Below, piece by piece: positions 28,091 to 42,330 of a DNA stretch of 64,000 nt. This stretch comes from Octopus vulgaris. Taxonomy: Eukaryota. The notes under the pieces are model-generated. The model did not search any database and was not told the DNA's origin. It saw nothing but the letters and a program-made list of their open reading frames with translations. Made by a program: the position numbers and the translations under genes. Numbering within the stretch: the stretch's first letter is position 1; each line of letters opens with the position of its first letter. The DNA is taken from NCBI GenBank assembly GCA_951406725.2, contig OX597820.1:14012001-14076000 (forward strand), written 5' to 3'.

Positions 28091-28589
28091 CTAGCAGTAT
28101 CGCCCGGCGTTGCTCGGGTTTGTAAGCGAAATAACTATATAAGCATTTTTAGAGAGTTATAGCCAAAAAATAGCAAAAAAATGCATTAAAAATGGAAAAA
28201 AAATGAGGTAAATTTTTTTTTAAATCGTTGACTCATCGTAGACATTTTTAGAGAGTTACTTCCCTCATATAATAGCGAAAAAAATGCATTAAAATGGAAA
28301 AAAATGATGGTAAATTTTTTTTTAAATCGTTGACTCATTGTAGACATTTTTAGAGAGTTACTTCCCTCATATAATAGCGAAAAAAATGCATTAAAATGGA
28401 AAATATGATGGTAAATTTTTTTTTAAATCGTAGACTCATCATAGACGCACGCTAATACCCAGAAGGACTCGATATGAATCACGACTATAAGATACCCGGT
28501 TTTGGTTAAACTGCACCGCAAAATGTGGGAGTAGTTAGGAATCTAAATCGTAGGAGACAGACACACAACTTCACTTTTATATATAAAGA
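28091..28589 (-). mobile_element. Non-autonomous Helitron
   Basis: Minus strand starts TC(TTTATATA) after an A and ends with a GC-rich hairpin (28103-28118) plus CTAG before a T; three internal ~100-bp tandem repeats at 28144, 28243 and 28345. Confidence 0.85.
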
Positions 28590-28926
28590 TTTACTATGAA
28601 ATCTGCAGATTCTGCGTCTTGGATATATATTTAGATTCTTACCTATGAGGATTCTGTACCTGATTACATCATCATCATCATTGTCATCATCATCGTTTAA
28701 CGTCTGCCTTCCACACAGGCATAGGTTGGATGGTTTGACTGATAACTGGTAAGCCGGGGAGGGCTGCAACTGGTTCCAATCTGATTTGGTAAAGTTTCTA
28801 TGGCTGGATGCCCTTCCTAATGCCAACCACTCCGAGAGTGCTCTTTTGCTTGCCACTGGCATGGGTGCTATTGACCTGATATCAGTATTGGCCACAACTA
28901 CAGTCTCACTTGGCTCAACAGGTTAT

Positions 28927-29251
<325 letters not shown>

Positions 29252-29932
29252 ATAGCATCCATGCTAATGCCACATAAGGTGCAACCAAGCTGGCACCATG
29301 TAATAAGGTGTCCATGCTGGTGCCATACGGAAAGCACCCATGCCTACTCATGTAAAAAGTGTAATGTTGGCATCATGTAAAAGGAACCCTGTCTACTCTG
29401 GAATGAGGCTGGTTATTTGGAAGGGCATCCACCCAAAGAAATAATGCCAAAACAGATGACTGGAGTCTGGTGCAGCCTCCTGGCTTGCCAGCTCCTGTTA
29501 AACCCTCAAACCCATGGTAGCAGGGAAGATAGATGTTAGGTGATGATAATGATGATTATGGTGGTGATGATGATGATGATGATATTAAAGGTGGCGGCGG
29601 TGGTGATGATGAAATGATGATGATTATGTGATGAAATGATGATGATGATTATGGTGATGATGACGATGATGTTGATGGTGTGGTGGTGATGACGGTGGTG
29701 ACAACAATGACTACGACAATGGTGACGATGATGATGACAACGATGACGATTATGATGATGATGATGACTATGTCAAGTGGACAATAAAACAAGACAAAAA
29801 TGAAAACTAAAAGAAGTAAAAAAAAAGCAGCGAACAAATTTATCTGACAGTCCCATACATAGATTTTTGTTTCCCTTAAAAAAACAAAAAAACACACAAA
29901 AAACCACCCCATCAGAACACTATAAAACCAAG

Positions 29933-29974
<42 letters not shown>

Positions 29975-30619
29975 ATTCTGTCAGAGTGTGTGACATATAT
30001 CACTTTTATTATATTTTTTGATGAAGAAAAGTTTATATATGACCACTAGAATGATAAACTTAATTAGTGTGGCACCTGCGTCGGTGGCACATAAAAAACA
30101 CCATCCGAGCATGGCCGTTCGCCAGCCTCGTCTGGCACCTGTGTCGAGCATGGAAAGCGGACTTAAATGATGATGATGATGATGATATATATTTGTTTTA
30201 TATTTTCAATGCTTACTTCTACCACATCAATTTGTAATTTGCTAAGAACACGGCCTTGTTTCATAAACTTTTAAACTGAAACCAGTTCAGATTGCTTAAG
30301 TACTTTTATTCCTCATTGCCATTTTTGCGATAACAAGTGTTGTGATTAGTAAGAATGAGGTTGTTTTTGTTGTTGTTGTTGCTCTTGTTGTTATTCACCT
30401 TCTGTTTGTTTCACCCCAGCCAAGCCAGACAGACAGACAGACTTTTTGCTTTGCCTCTGCCATTATTATTAGGATTATTATTGTTGTTGTTGTGGTTGTT
30501 TTTGTTGTTGTTGTTGCTCTTGTTGTTGTCAGCAGCCATGCTCGTCGTCCTCGCCACCATCATATCGTTTTCCTTCCCAATAATAACAATAGCCATAGCA
30601 ATCACTACTGCTGCTGCTG

Positions 30620-30653
<34 letters not shown>

Positions 30654-32317
30654 CACCACCACCATCACTCCGAAGAATAGAAGAAGAAGAAGAAGAAGAA
30701 GAAGAAGAAGAAGAAGAAGAAGAAGAAGAAGAAGAAAAAGAAGAAGAATGAAGAAGAAAGCAAAGAAAATGAAGAAGAAGAAAAAGAAGAAGAAAAAGAA
30801 GAAGAAGAAGAAGAAGAAAAAGAATATGGAGAAGAAGAAGAAGAGGAACAACAACAACAACAACAACAACAATTTGTTTTGCAATTTTAATTCAGAAAAG
30901 GCCCAAGAGACGGTCAAAGGTGCAAAGACAGTGGAATGAATGCTCTCTGAGTGAAACTGATAGCCTTTGTATTGCAGCTTGACCTCTAGATATAGCAGCC
31001 TGATCTTCCTCGATCTATATTTCTATATCTTGAAGAAGGATACGCTGCTGGGTAGTGTGTTGTCGTCATCAACATCACATCATCATCATCATCATCATCA
31101 TCACTATCATCATCATGATCAACAGCATTGTCTCCTCCTCCTCTGCTACTTCCTCTTCCTTCACCTCCCTTCTTCCCCTCCTCCTCCCCTCCTCCTTCAC
31201 CATTGTCATCTTGGCTGCCATTATTTTGCATCTAATTTTCAAACTGGTGTATGTGTGTATGTGTGTGCACGCATGAGTGTGTATGTGCAAGTGCGTGTCC
31301 ATGTGTGTGTGTGTGTGTGTTGGTTAGGTTGTTGTGGATTAGGTCAGTTCCTATTTGCTGTTACTGTCTTCCTAGACAAGCCAGAGGACCACGTCTTGGT
31401 CATACATTCCATTCTGGGCATGGTCCCTTTCCACAACCACATGCCCTTCCTTCCTTCCTTCCTTCCTAGCACCAAACCACTTTACTGAATGTACTGAGGG
31501 AAGTTCATCTTGGCACCAGCATAGAAGGGTTATCATGTCTTCAGCAAAGCAAAATAGCCCTTTGTGTCTTATGTGGTTTCTGTTCATTTAAAAACCACTT
31601 TGGAGAGTGCATTTTAACCCCTTGCAAAGGGATTTAGTACTGACAGTCTGTGCTGTGTACCAGTATTAGGCCATGCAGTAACTACATAATTTTGCATACA
31701 AGGAACTTTATAGTTTCTTTATAGATTCCACTGTGTGGTGTATTTGAAAACATGGTGCCACACAGGGTGAAACATCACACTGCTCACACACACACATGAA
31801 GTGGTCAGTATCACTTTCTGTTAGCAAGGGGTTAATATGGTACCAGCATAGAAAGGTCACCTTGTTCTATGCAAGACTAAAGATGCTGAACCGTTTTACT
31901 TTTGTCTTCTTTATTAGTCTTCACAGCAACAAGATCAAGAGGGTGAACAAAAAGAAAGAGATGAAAGAAAGAGAACCAGTGTGGGACAGTGAAAAAAGAG
32001 ATAGTATAAATAAGATGAGGAGAAATAGAGTGAAAGCAATGGGAAGAGAGACTGTGATATGCAGCTAGATTTTTGTTGTTGATAAGGAGGATGAATTGTC
32101 GTAGTGGCATTCCGTCGATTATGACAATGAGGGTTCCAGTTGATCTGATCAATGGAACAGCCTGCTCATGAAATTAATGTGCAAGTGGCTGAGCACTCCA
32201 CAAACACATGTACCCTTAACGTAGTTCTCAGAGGGAATCAGCGTGACAGAGAGTGTGACAAGGCTGGCCCTTTGAAATACAGGTACAGCAGAAACAGGAA
32301 GAGTGACAGAAAGTTGT

Positions 32318-32355
<38 letters not shown>

Positions 32356-32379
32356 AGAAGGAGCTTCATTAGTTTTAGT

Positions 32380-32585
32380 TTTTACTCTAGGCACAAGGCC
32401 CCCAATTTTTTTTTGGGGGGGGAAAGTTGATTAGATTGACCACAGTATGCAACTGGTACTTAATTTATCAACCCCAAAAGGATGAAAGGCAAAGTCAACC
32501 TCAGTGAAATTTGAACTCAGAATCTAAAGATAGACAAAATACCGCTAAGCATTTTGCCCAGCATGCTAACAATTGTGCCAGCTCG
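32380..32585 (-). mobile_element. SINE family A
   Basis: Matches other family A copies. Confidence 0.8.
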
Positions 32586-32939
32586 TTAGTTTTAGTGCCA
32601 CAAAAAAGCATCCACTACATTCTGTAAAGTGGTGGGTGTTAGGAGGGGAGTCCAGCCATAGGAACTCTATGCCAAAGCAGACGATTGGAGTTGAGAGTAG
32701 TCCTCCAACCCATGCCACCACAATAGATGGTTGGTTTATGATGATGATGATGATGATGAACTTGTTGTTGCTGCTGTCGTTATTGAATATGATGATGATG
32801 ATGTGGATGATGATAATGATGATGATGGTGGTGGTGATGGGATGACAAAGATGATGATGATGGTGATGCGGATGAGGATGATGATGATAATGATAATGAT
32901 GATGAGGGTGATAATGCTGATGATGAAATTATGATGATG

Positions 32940-32981
<42 letters not shown>

Positions 32982-34588
32982 ATGACGACGATGATGCTGA
33001 TGCTGATGTGGATGATGATGATAATGATGATGGCAATGATGTGGATGATGATGATGATAATGATGGCGATGATGATGATGATGGCGATGATAATGCTGAC
33101 GATGATGATATTTTTTATGATGATTTCGATGATGAAATGATGACGACGACGGTGCTGATGAGCTTGCCATTGATGTTGTCAAGCAAGTCGTATACGTTGC
33201 ATATCCATTTTGGCAATAAGTCTCCAAATCTTCTCCAGAACTTATTAAAGGATTTTTTGCCAAATAAAGAATGACAGTTCTCTGCAAATCTTCTCCCTGG
33301 AATCTCAGTTCTGATGCTTCTCGATTATTTGAATATCTATTTTGGCCTCGTCTGCAGAGTGTGTCAGAGATGACTGGAATAAATTTCTCTCCTGAACATG
33401 TCTCAAGGTTTTCTCAATAACCCAAGCAACTCCACAGACATTTCAGTCTTCAAATTTTTCCTCTTTTTTGGATCTTTTTTTTTTCCTTTTGCTTTGACTT
33501 GACTATCGAATCATTGTTGTTATCATCATCATTATCATCACCATCAACATCATCATCATCATCATTATCATCATCATCATTATCATCACCATCATCATCA
33601 TCATCATCATTGCCATCAACATCATCATCATCAACATCATCATCATTGCCATCATCATCATTGTCATCATCATCACCACCATCATGATGATGATCATCAT
33701 CATCCCCATGCCCATCATCATCCTCATCATCATCAACAGCAACATCATTTCATTGTCATCATCCTCATCGTTATCATCAGCATCATCCCCATCACCATCA
33801 TCATCATCATCGCCATCATTATCATCATCTTCATTGTCATTGTCCCCATCATCATCATCATCGTCATCATGATCATTATCATCAACATCATCATCACCAT
33901 CATCATCGACATCATCATCATCAACATCACCATCATCACTGTCACCATCAATATCATCATCTTCGTTGTCATTCTTGTTGTCATCATTGTCATTATCATC
34001 CTCCTCCTTGTTGTGAGATTTAAAAATAATAATTTTCTAATTCTTTAGATCGGTTCAGATATCTCTGGGACATACTTGACTTCTTAAGATGATGCATTTT
34101 GGGATGGAAAAAATTGTTGCTTTAGGCACAAGGTATTCAAAACACCAAAGTTAATTCAGAGCCCCCTTCCAGGACTGGTAGATGCATCTCTAGCTTCTTA
34201 GCAATCTTCAGTACCAGATACCAAGGGAAGCAACTTTGAACCAGAAAACTTAAGCCTAAAGCGAAGAATTTTCTCCATGGCAAACTTTAGTGAAAATGTC
34301 TCTTTACAGGTCAAATTTGTGCTAAACTTACATGGACTGATCCAAACTCTGTTAAATTTACAGCATTGCTTTGCATGCCACCCGGATGTTCTTTGAAGCA
34401 TAAGAGCATGAATATTTCAATATTTTCTGCTTTTGTCACTTCTAATTCTAGCAAACGTAGAAACGTTGGTTAACGATTATCTAATTCTTATTTTAGAAAA
34501 ATTACAAGCACAGCTTTCTTTGAAATTAATGAAGTTTTAATAATAATAATAATATTAATAATAGTAGTAGTAGTAGTAGTAGTAGTAA

Positions 34589-34647
<59 letters not shown>

Positions 34648-35121
34648 ACAGTAATAATGATGATGATGATGATGATGAGGATGATGATAATAATAATAAT
34701 AGTAATAGTAATTCATATAATTGATTAGTTTTACAAAAAATTCAAGATTTCATTTTTTGTTTTGCAACAAGATTTGAAATTTGCAGAAAATCGTAAATGC
34801 AAGCAATTCCCTAAATTGATTCCATTCTTTACTTGAAGTTCCTCCATCTTTGACAAATCCTGGCTTTCTTGGGTTTTTTGGGGTTTTTTTACTGCTTTTT
34901 TCATTTCTTTTTACTAAACTTTATTAAGAAATTTGCAGATTAATTCAGTATTATTCGTATTAGTTTTATCAAAATCTGTTATAAAAATTCCATCCCCTCC
35001 CCCACCTTTTTTTTTGTTTGTTTAATATATTTATGACATTTGTACGTGAATGTTGCAAACTTGTATGACTTGATGGTTGAGGTGCTTGGCTTGTGATCAC
35101 CAGGTCAAAGGTTCAATTCTT

Positions 35122-35713
35122 TTATTTCTTTATCGCCCACGAGGGGCTAAACATAGAGGGGACAAACAAGGACAGACAAAGGAATTAAGCTGATTACCTC
35201 GACCCCAGTGCATAACTGGTATTTATTTAATCGACCCTGAAAGGATGAACAGCAAAGTCGACCTCGGCGAAATTTGAACTCAGAATGTAGCGGCAGACAA
35301 AATACCTATTTCTTTACTACCCACAAGGGGATAAACACAGAAGGGACAAACAAGGATAGACAAACGGATTAAGTCGATTATATCGACCCCAGTGCGTAAC
35401 TGATACTTAATTTATCGACCCCGAAAGGATGAACGGCAAAGTCGACCTCGGCGAAATTTGAACTCAGAATGTAGCGGCAGACGAAATACCTATTTCTTTA
35501 CTACCCACAAGGGGCTAAACACAGAGAGGACAAACAAGGACAGATACATGGATTAGATCGACCCCAGTATGCAACTGGCACTTAATTTATCAACTCCAAA
35601 AGAATGAAAGGCAAAGTCGACCTCAGTGAAATTTGAACTCAGAATGTAACAGTAGACAAAATACTGCTAAGCATTTCACCCGGCATGCAAACGATTCTGC
35701 CAGCTTGCTGTCT
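35122..35713 (-). mobile_element. SINE family A trimer
   Basis: Three head-to-tail units with identical aaatacc|tatttctttactac junctions; flanked by aaaggttcaattc and aagggttcgattc (TSD-like). Confidence 0.88.
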
Positions 35714-35730
35714 TAAGGGTTCGATTCATT

Positions 35731-36190
35731 TATGGCAGTAAAACATGGACACTTACCAAACATGCAAAGAAGAGTTTAGCTGGTGGCAATGTAAGGATGC
35801 TACAAATGGCCCCAGAAGTGAAAAGGCAGCAGGGCATGACCAATAAACAGCTGAATGGAAGCCTTCCAAAAGTGACCACCAAGATCAGAGGATACTGTCT
35901 TCGCATATCAGGTCATTGCATGTGGCACCAGAAAGATGAAAAAGCAGCAAAATGTGTGTTCTGGGACCTACAGCATGGTACCAGTAAACATGGAAGATGT
36001 TGTCTGACATTCACCAACAACCAAGGTGGTGCCCCAGCATGGCCACAGTCTAATGACTGAAAATATAAAGCTGAAGGAGGACACAGGGTTGAATTCTATC
36101 TATGAACAGAAGAAGGTAATGATGGCTCAAGGTACTTGACAAAATGGCATTATCTTCAAGGATTCGAAGAGGGCCTGGCAAAACTAAGTC
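35731..36190 (+). mobile_element. RTE-clade LINE 3' fragment interrupted by a ~48-bp SINE tail
   Basis: YGSKTWTLTK..RMLQMA..TNKQLNGSLPKVTTKIR..LRISGHC..VFWDLQHG..GR..TFTNN [SINE 36022-36069] LKEDTGL. Confidence 0.8.
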
Positions 36191-36454
36191 AATTCCTTAA
36201 CCATCATGTCTTTGAGCAAGACACTTCATTTTATATTCCTTCAGTCTACTCAGCTGTAAATAAGTACCAGACACAAACTGGTACTGTTCTCTCTCTCTCT
36301 CTCCTCTGTTAGTCACACATTGGATGTGTGGTTGTTTTAAAGGTACCAAAACCCAAGAAAGGGTCTACTTCTGCTCAAAACTACATAGGAACAAAAACAA
36401 TTAGAAAAGGCTTAGTACCTGTTATTAGCCATATTAACGAGTAACCATTGGCTG

Positions 36455-36560
36455 TCCTGTAGTACTACGGAAGATTGACAGACAGTGAGGTTAAGGCTAA
36501 TCAACCAGATATTGTTGTTGAGGATCACCAGGAAAAAAAATTCCTTCTAATTGATATTAT
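36455..36560 (+). mobile_element. Short R4/Dong-like RLE remnant
   Basis: TDSEVKANQPDIVVEDHQEKKFLLID resembles TDRTIKANKPDIVVKDQNNKVCLLID. Confidence 0.65.
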
Positions 36561-36569
36561 AATCCTTTA

Positions 36570-36890
36570 GTCAAATGAATCGACCACAGGACTTATTCTT
36601 TGTAAGCCTACCACTTATTCTACTGGTCTCTTTTGCTGAACCGCTAAATTACAGGGACAGAAACACACGAACATCGGTTGTCAAGCGATGGTGGGGAGAC
36701 AAGAGACAAACACAGACACACACACATATATACGACGGGCTTCTTTCAGTTTCCATCTACCACATCCACTCCCAAGGCTTTTGTCGACCCGAGGCTATAG
36801 TAGAAGACACTTGCCCAAGGTGCCACAGTGGGACTGAACCCAGAACCGTGTGGCTGGGAAGCAAGCTTCTTACCACACAGCCATGCCTTT
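36570..36890 (-). mobile_element. SINE family B
   Basis: Matches other family B copies. Confidence 0.8.
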
Positions 36891-37003
36891 GCATATGATA
36901 AGGAATTCCTTAAAGGAAGTGTCCTCTACTGTAGCTCCAAGCTGGCCAAAGCTTTGTGAAAAGATTTAGCTGATGGAAACTGTGGGGAAGCCCATCATGT
37001 GTG

Positions 37004-37035
<32 letters not shown>

Positions 37036-37694
37036 CATGTGTGTACATGTGTATGCGTGTGTCTTCATTTGTGTTTGTCCCTTGTCACTGTTTCACAACT
37101 GATGTTGGTTTGTTTATGTCCGCCATGATTTAGTAGTTTGGCAAACGGAGTTGAGAGAACGAGTATCAAACTTGAGATGAGTGCTGAGGTCGATTTGCTC
37201 GGTTAAAAACCCTTCAAGGCGGTGCTCCAGCATGGTCACAGTCCAATGATTAAAGTAAGTGAAGGACTAAAAAAAATAAAGATACAAAATAAAAATATCA
37301 GCCATAACAATGATGATGATGATGATGATAATGATGATGGCAATGATGATAATGGAAATGATGATGATGATGGAAATGATGATGATGGCAATGATGATGA
37401 TGGAAATGATGATGATGATGATAGTGATGATGGTGGCAATGATGATGATGATGATGATGATGATGATAATGGTTATGACAATGATGAAGATGATGTGGAT
37501 GACAATGATGGTGACAATAATTATGAAGGTGATGATGATTAAAAAGAGGATGAGGAAGATAATGATGATGAAGATGATGGTGGTGGTAGTGTTGTTGATG
37601 ATAATGACGATGCCAATTTCCTTTAATAATAACTACAACAAAAACAATACCAACAACAATAAAATAAAAAAGTAAGAACTATAATATAACCACA

Positions 37695-37764
37695 GGCATA
37701 TGGCATAGTGGTTAAGAGTGCAGGCTACTTACCCCAAGATTCCGAGTTCAATTCCAGGTAGTGA

Positions 37765-37770
<6 letters not shown>
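37695..37770 (+). promoter_or_regulatory. tRNA-derived head with Pol III A and B boxes
   Basis: tggcatagtgg (A box) and gagttcaattcc (B box); same head at 29016. Confidence 0.7.
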
Positions 37771-37795
<25 letters not shown>

Positions 37796-37796
<1 letters not shown>

Positions 37797-37980
37797 TCGC
37801 TGTGAAAACAGCATCCATTCATGAATTTATTTATTTATTGATTTCTTTTAAATACAAATTTTACCTGTGAATTTGTGTGTGTAATCTGGGAATGCATAAA
37901 ATGAGCTTCTCTGCCCTAGGTGTACGGAAAACACTTGGCGAGAAATGGAGGAAAATTTGAAGTTTGAAGGAAAAAAAAAT
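37796..37980 (+). mobile_element. R4/Dong-like 3'UTR-only insertion in (AAT)n
   Basis: atgagcttctctgccctaggtgtacggaaaacacttggcgagaaatggaggaaaatttgaa aligns with the 3'UTR of the 25-kb element (atgagtttctttgccctaggagtcgggaagacactcggcaagaaatggaagcaaatttgaa), followed by poly(A) and (TAA)n. Confidence 0.75.
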
Positions 37981-38015
<35 letters not shown>

Positions 38016-38072
38016 CAATAACAACATTGAAAAATACCTTAGGAATGAGAACCCAGGTTCGAAATTTCCCCA

Positions 38073-38118
38073 ATCACCTGATGATGGCTGGAGGATATAT
38101 CAGCCGAAACGTTGTGTT
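38073..38118 (+). ncRNA. Minimal type-I hammerhead ribozyme motif (Penelope type), copy 1
   Basis: CUGAUGA 38078-84; extra U; stem II GGCUG/CAGCC; GAAA 38106-09; palindromic ACGU stem III; GUU site, predicted cut after 38113; stem I CAC/GUG. Confidence 0.75.
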
Positions 38119-38166
38119 AGCAACAAACAAAATGAGGACAAATATCCGTCAAATGTAAATAATGTA

Positions 38167-38303
<137 letters not shown>

Positions 38304-38361
38304 TAATAATAACATCGAAAAATACCTTAGGAATGAGAACCCAGGTTTGAAATTTCCCCAA

Positions 38362-38407
38362 GACACCTGATGATGGCTGGAGGGTATATCAGTTGAAACG
38401 TTGTGTT
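38362..38407 (+). ncRNA. Minimal type-I hammerhead ribozyme motif, copy 2
   Basis: Stem I GACAC/GUGUU; CUGAUGA 38367-73; stem II GGCUG/CAGUU (two G-U pairs); GAAA 38395-98; ACGU; predicted cut after 38402. Confidence 0.7.
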
Positions 38408-38602
38408 AACAACAAACAAGATGAGGACAAATATCTATCAAATGTAAATAATGTAAATAATAATAATAATATCAATAATAATTATAATAATAATAATAAT
38501 GATAATAATGATAATAATGATAATAATGTATAATATAAGCAGCTGAGCAAACATAACATGTCTATTATTCAACCATCTCACCTCTTCAGAGAGAGAATAA
38601 GG

Positions 38603-38634
<32 letters not shown>

Positions 38635-38921
38635 TACAAAAATGGCCCAAAACCTAAACCAGTAGCAGCAGACCTGTATCGTTGCAGTTCCGTAGGGAGA
38701 GAGCAAAAGAGTGAAAAGAGTGTCTGGGTGATGATTGTAAATGAAAGAATTATTATGCAACTTTGCAGGAATTGGTTTTAAAAGACTCAAAGAACAACAT
38801 ATTTTGAAAGCTCATCGTAGATTCCAAAGATGGTGCAACGTTTGTAATTTATTCATCCGTTTCTTTCAGTTCCGAGATCTAATTTCGTCTAAATTCATTT
38901 GCAGGTTCCTCCAATTCCAGG

Positions 38922-39011
38922 ATGAATAAAATGTCTCTGCTATTCATGGTATATTCATGTTCCTTTTTAATCTTGGCCAATTCTGTGTCTCGAAGAGGAA
39001 GTTGTTGTTGC
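38922..39011 (+). CDS. Candidate signal-peptide exon (MNKMSLLFMVYSCSFLILANSVSRRGSCCC)
   Basis: Acceptor-like tttgcag (38904) or ttccag (38920), ATG at 38922, donor gtatgt at 39012; basic-then-hydrophobic N-terminus; no homology recognised. Confidence 0.2.
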
Positions 39012-39019
39012 GTATGTAC

Positions 39020-39059
39020 ACGTATGTGTGTGTGCTTGTGTATGAGTGTGTTTGTGTAT

Positions 39060-39091
<32 letters not shown>

Positions 39092-39448
39092 TTGTGTGTG
39101 TGTGTTTGTGTGTGTGTGTGTATAAGTGTTTGTCTATTTCTTGTTAATATGTGAATATTCTTTGTTTGTGTGTATGTGTATGTGTGTGTATGTGTGTGTT
39201 TGTGTGTGTGTACGTGTGTGTGTATGTATGTGTATGTGTGTGTATGTTTGTGTGTGTATGAGTGTGTATGTGTGTGTATATATGTGTATGTGTGTGTATG
39301 TTTGTGTGTGTATGTGTGTGTGTGTGTGTGTGTATGCGTGTGTGTGTGTATGTGTGTGTGTATGTGTATGTGTGTGTATAAGTGTTTGTCTATTTCTTGT
39401 TAATATGTGAATATTCTTTGTTTGTGTGTATGTGTATGTGTGTATGTA

Positions 39449-39483
<35 letters not shown>

Positions 39484-41249
39484 GTGTATGTTTGTGTGTG
39501 TATGAGTGTGTGTATGTGTGTGCGTAAGTGTATGTGCGTGTGTATATGTGTATGTGTGTGTATGTTTGTGTGTGTATGTGTGTGTGTATGTATGCGTATG
39601 TGTATGTGTGTACATGTGTATGAGTATGTTTGTCTGTTTCTTCGTAAAATGTGAATATTCTTTGTTTGTGTGTATATTTGTGTGTGTGTGTATATATGTG
39701 TGTGTGTGTATGTGTGTATGTGTATGTATGTGTGTGTATGTATGCATATGTGTATAAGTGTTTGTTTCTTGGTAATATGTGAATATTCTTAGTTTGTGTG
39801 TGTATGTGTGTGTGTGTGTGTATGTGTGTTTGTGTGTGCATGTATGTATGTGTGTGTATGTGTATGTTTGAGTGTGTATGTGTATGAGTGTTTGTCTGTT
39901 TCTTGGTAATATGTGAATATTCTTCGTTTGTGTATGTATGTGTATGTGTGTGTGTATGTGTATGTGTGTATGTGTGTATAAGTGTTTGTTTCTTGGTAAT
40001 ATGTGAATATTTTTCATTTGTGTGTATGTGTGTGCATGTATGTGTGTGTATGTATGCGTATGTGTATGTGTATGTTTGAGTGTGTATGTGTGTGTGTGCA
40101 TGTAAATGTGTATAAGTATGTATGTCTACTTCTTTGCAATATATAAATATTCTTCGTGTGTGTGTGTGTATATGTGTGCATGTATAAGTGTGTGTGTACC
40201 AGTGTATGTATGTGTGCCTGTGTATGTGTGTGTGGCTGTGTATGTGCATGTGTGTGTGGATGTGTATGTGCATGTATGTGTGGCTGTGTATGTGCATGTG
40301 TGTGTTTGAACATGTGTGTGTATGTGTGTGTAAGTATGTTTGTCTTTCTTAGGAATATGGGAGTATTGTCAATGTATGTGTGTGTATGTGTGTGTATGTG
40401 TGTGTATGTGTGTGTGTGTATATGTGTGTGTATGTGTGTGTATGTGTATAATTATGCATGTCTACTTCTTGGGAATATGAATGTATTGTCAGTGTGTGTA
40501 TGTGCATGTGTGTGTGTGTGTGCATGTGTGTGCGTGCGTGTGTGTGTTTCCATGTATATGTGAATAAGTGTGTATGTCTACTACTTGGGAATGAGTGAAT
40601 ATTTTCCGTATGTGCGTGTGTTTGTGTGTATGTGTGGGCGTGTGTACCTGTGTGTATGTGTATGTATATGTGTATAAGTATGTGTCTACTACTTGTGAAT
40701 ATGGGAGTATTGTCAGTGTGTGTGCGTGTATGTGTGTGTGTGCATGTATGTGTGTGTTTATCTGCTTAGGAACATGGGAATATCCTCAGTGTGTGAGTGA
40801 ATGTGTGTGTGTAAATGTGTATATGTGTATGCACGTGTGTGTGTATGCATGTGCATGTATATGTGGCTGCAAGCATATTTTATATATGAGAATGTATGTG
40901 TGTGTGTGGGTGTGTATATGTATGAGCATATGTGAGTGTGCGTATGTGTATATGTGTGTTATGTGTTTGTATGTGTGTATGTGCATGTATGTGTGTGTCT
41001 GTAGAACGTGTTTGTGTGTCTGCATGTGTGTATGTGTTCATATGTATATAAGTGTGTGTGTGCAGATATATGCGTATGTATATATACGTGTTATGTATGC
41101 ATGTGTGTGCATGTATGTATATGGCTGTGTGCATATGTATGTGTGTATGTGCATATATGTATGTGTGAATGTGTGCATGTGTATGTATGTGTGTATGCAA
41201 GCTAATATGCATACGTTTACTTTGTCACATATTAATGAATGTGTATATA

Positions 41250-41280
<31 letters not shown>

Positions 41281-41340
41281 ATGCATGTAAACTAATGTAT
41301 ATGTATGTTTGTATCGTGTGTGTATGTATACGTGTTGTTT
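39020..41340. repeat. (TG)/(TATG) satellite punctuated by ~12 copies of a ~45-bp complex motif
   Basis: ataagtgtttgtctatttcttgttaatatgtgaatattctttg and variants from 39122 to about 40790. Confidence 0.88.
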
Positions 41341-41664
41341 TACTTATTCCTCGATGTAGGTGTGTTATGCCTGTTTAATATGTACAATGTGTTTCTTTAA
41401 ATGTATATATATGTGTATATGTGTGTATATACATGTGTGTGTGGGTTTGTGTGTGTGTGTGTGTATTCATATGCATATCTATATGTATCTACATATACAA
41501 ATATATGTATGTATGTTTGTACAAATGTTTGTATGGGAGTGTGTGCAACTGTACTGTCTGTATGCATACACACACACGCAAGTGCGCACATATGTGCAAC
41601 AATAATATATGTATACATATACCATAAACACAGATGCCTGTATATACTTATATACAGATATATG

Positions 41665-41718
<54 letters not shown>

Positions 41719-41799
41719 TAATTTTGTAGTATGTTTCTCCATTCTCTAATTTTGTAGTATTATATATATATATATATATATAACATATATATATATAAC

Positions 41800-41833
<34 letters not shown>

Positions 41834-42005
41834 ATATGTATGTATAGACATATATACATACATATTTATATGCATTTTATATATATATATATATATATAT
41901 ACATATATGTGTGTATTATACATACACACATATATATACATTCATACAGATATATATATATATGTATATATATCCATATATACATACATACATACATACA
42001 TATAA

Positions 42006-42050
<45 letters not shown>

Positions 42051-42286
42051 TGTCTATCTATATATGTCTGTGTGTGCCTATACACATGTACACACATATA
42101 CACAAACACACACATATCTACACACACAGAGATACACACACACACACACACATGGATTTACAAAATATATGTGCATCTACATACAGATACACTGCATATG
42201 TATATCACACATTTATATATATATACATATATATTTGTCTGTGTGTGTATATACCTATGTATGTCAGCCTGTGCAGATCTATGTGC

Positions 42287-42330
<44 letters not shown>

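Noticed and set aside
32736-33410. Minus-strand open frame with a unique N-terminal part followed by His/Gln and Ile runs
   Set aside because: No recognisable domain, no convincing splice sites, and much of it is microsatellite; cannot be supported as coding
34332-34448. Minus-strand exon-like segments (also about 48440-48577)
   Set aside because: Only splice-like dinucleotides and short open frames, with no homology or consistent gene model
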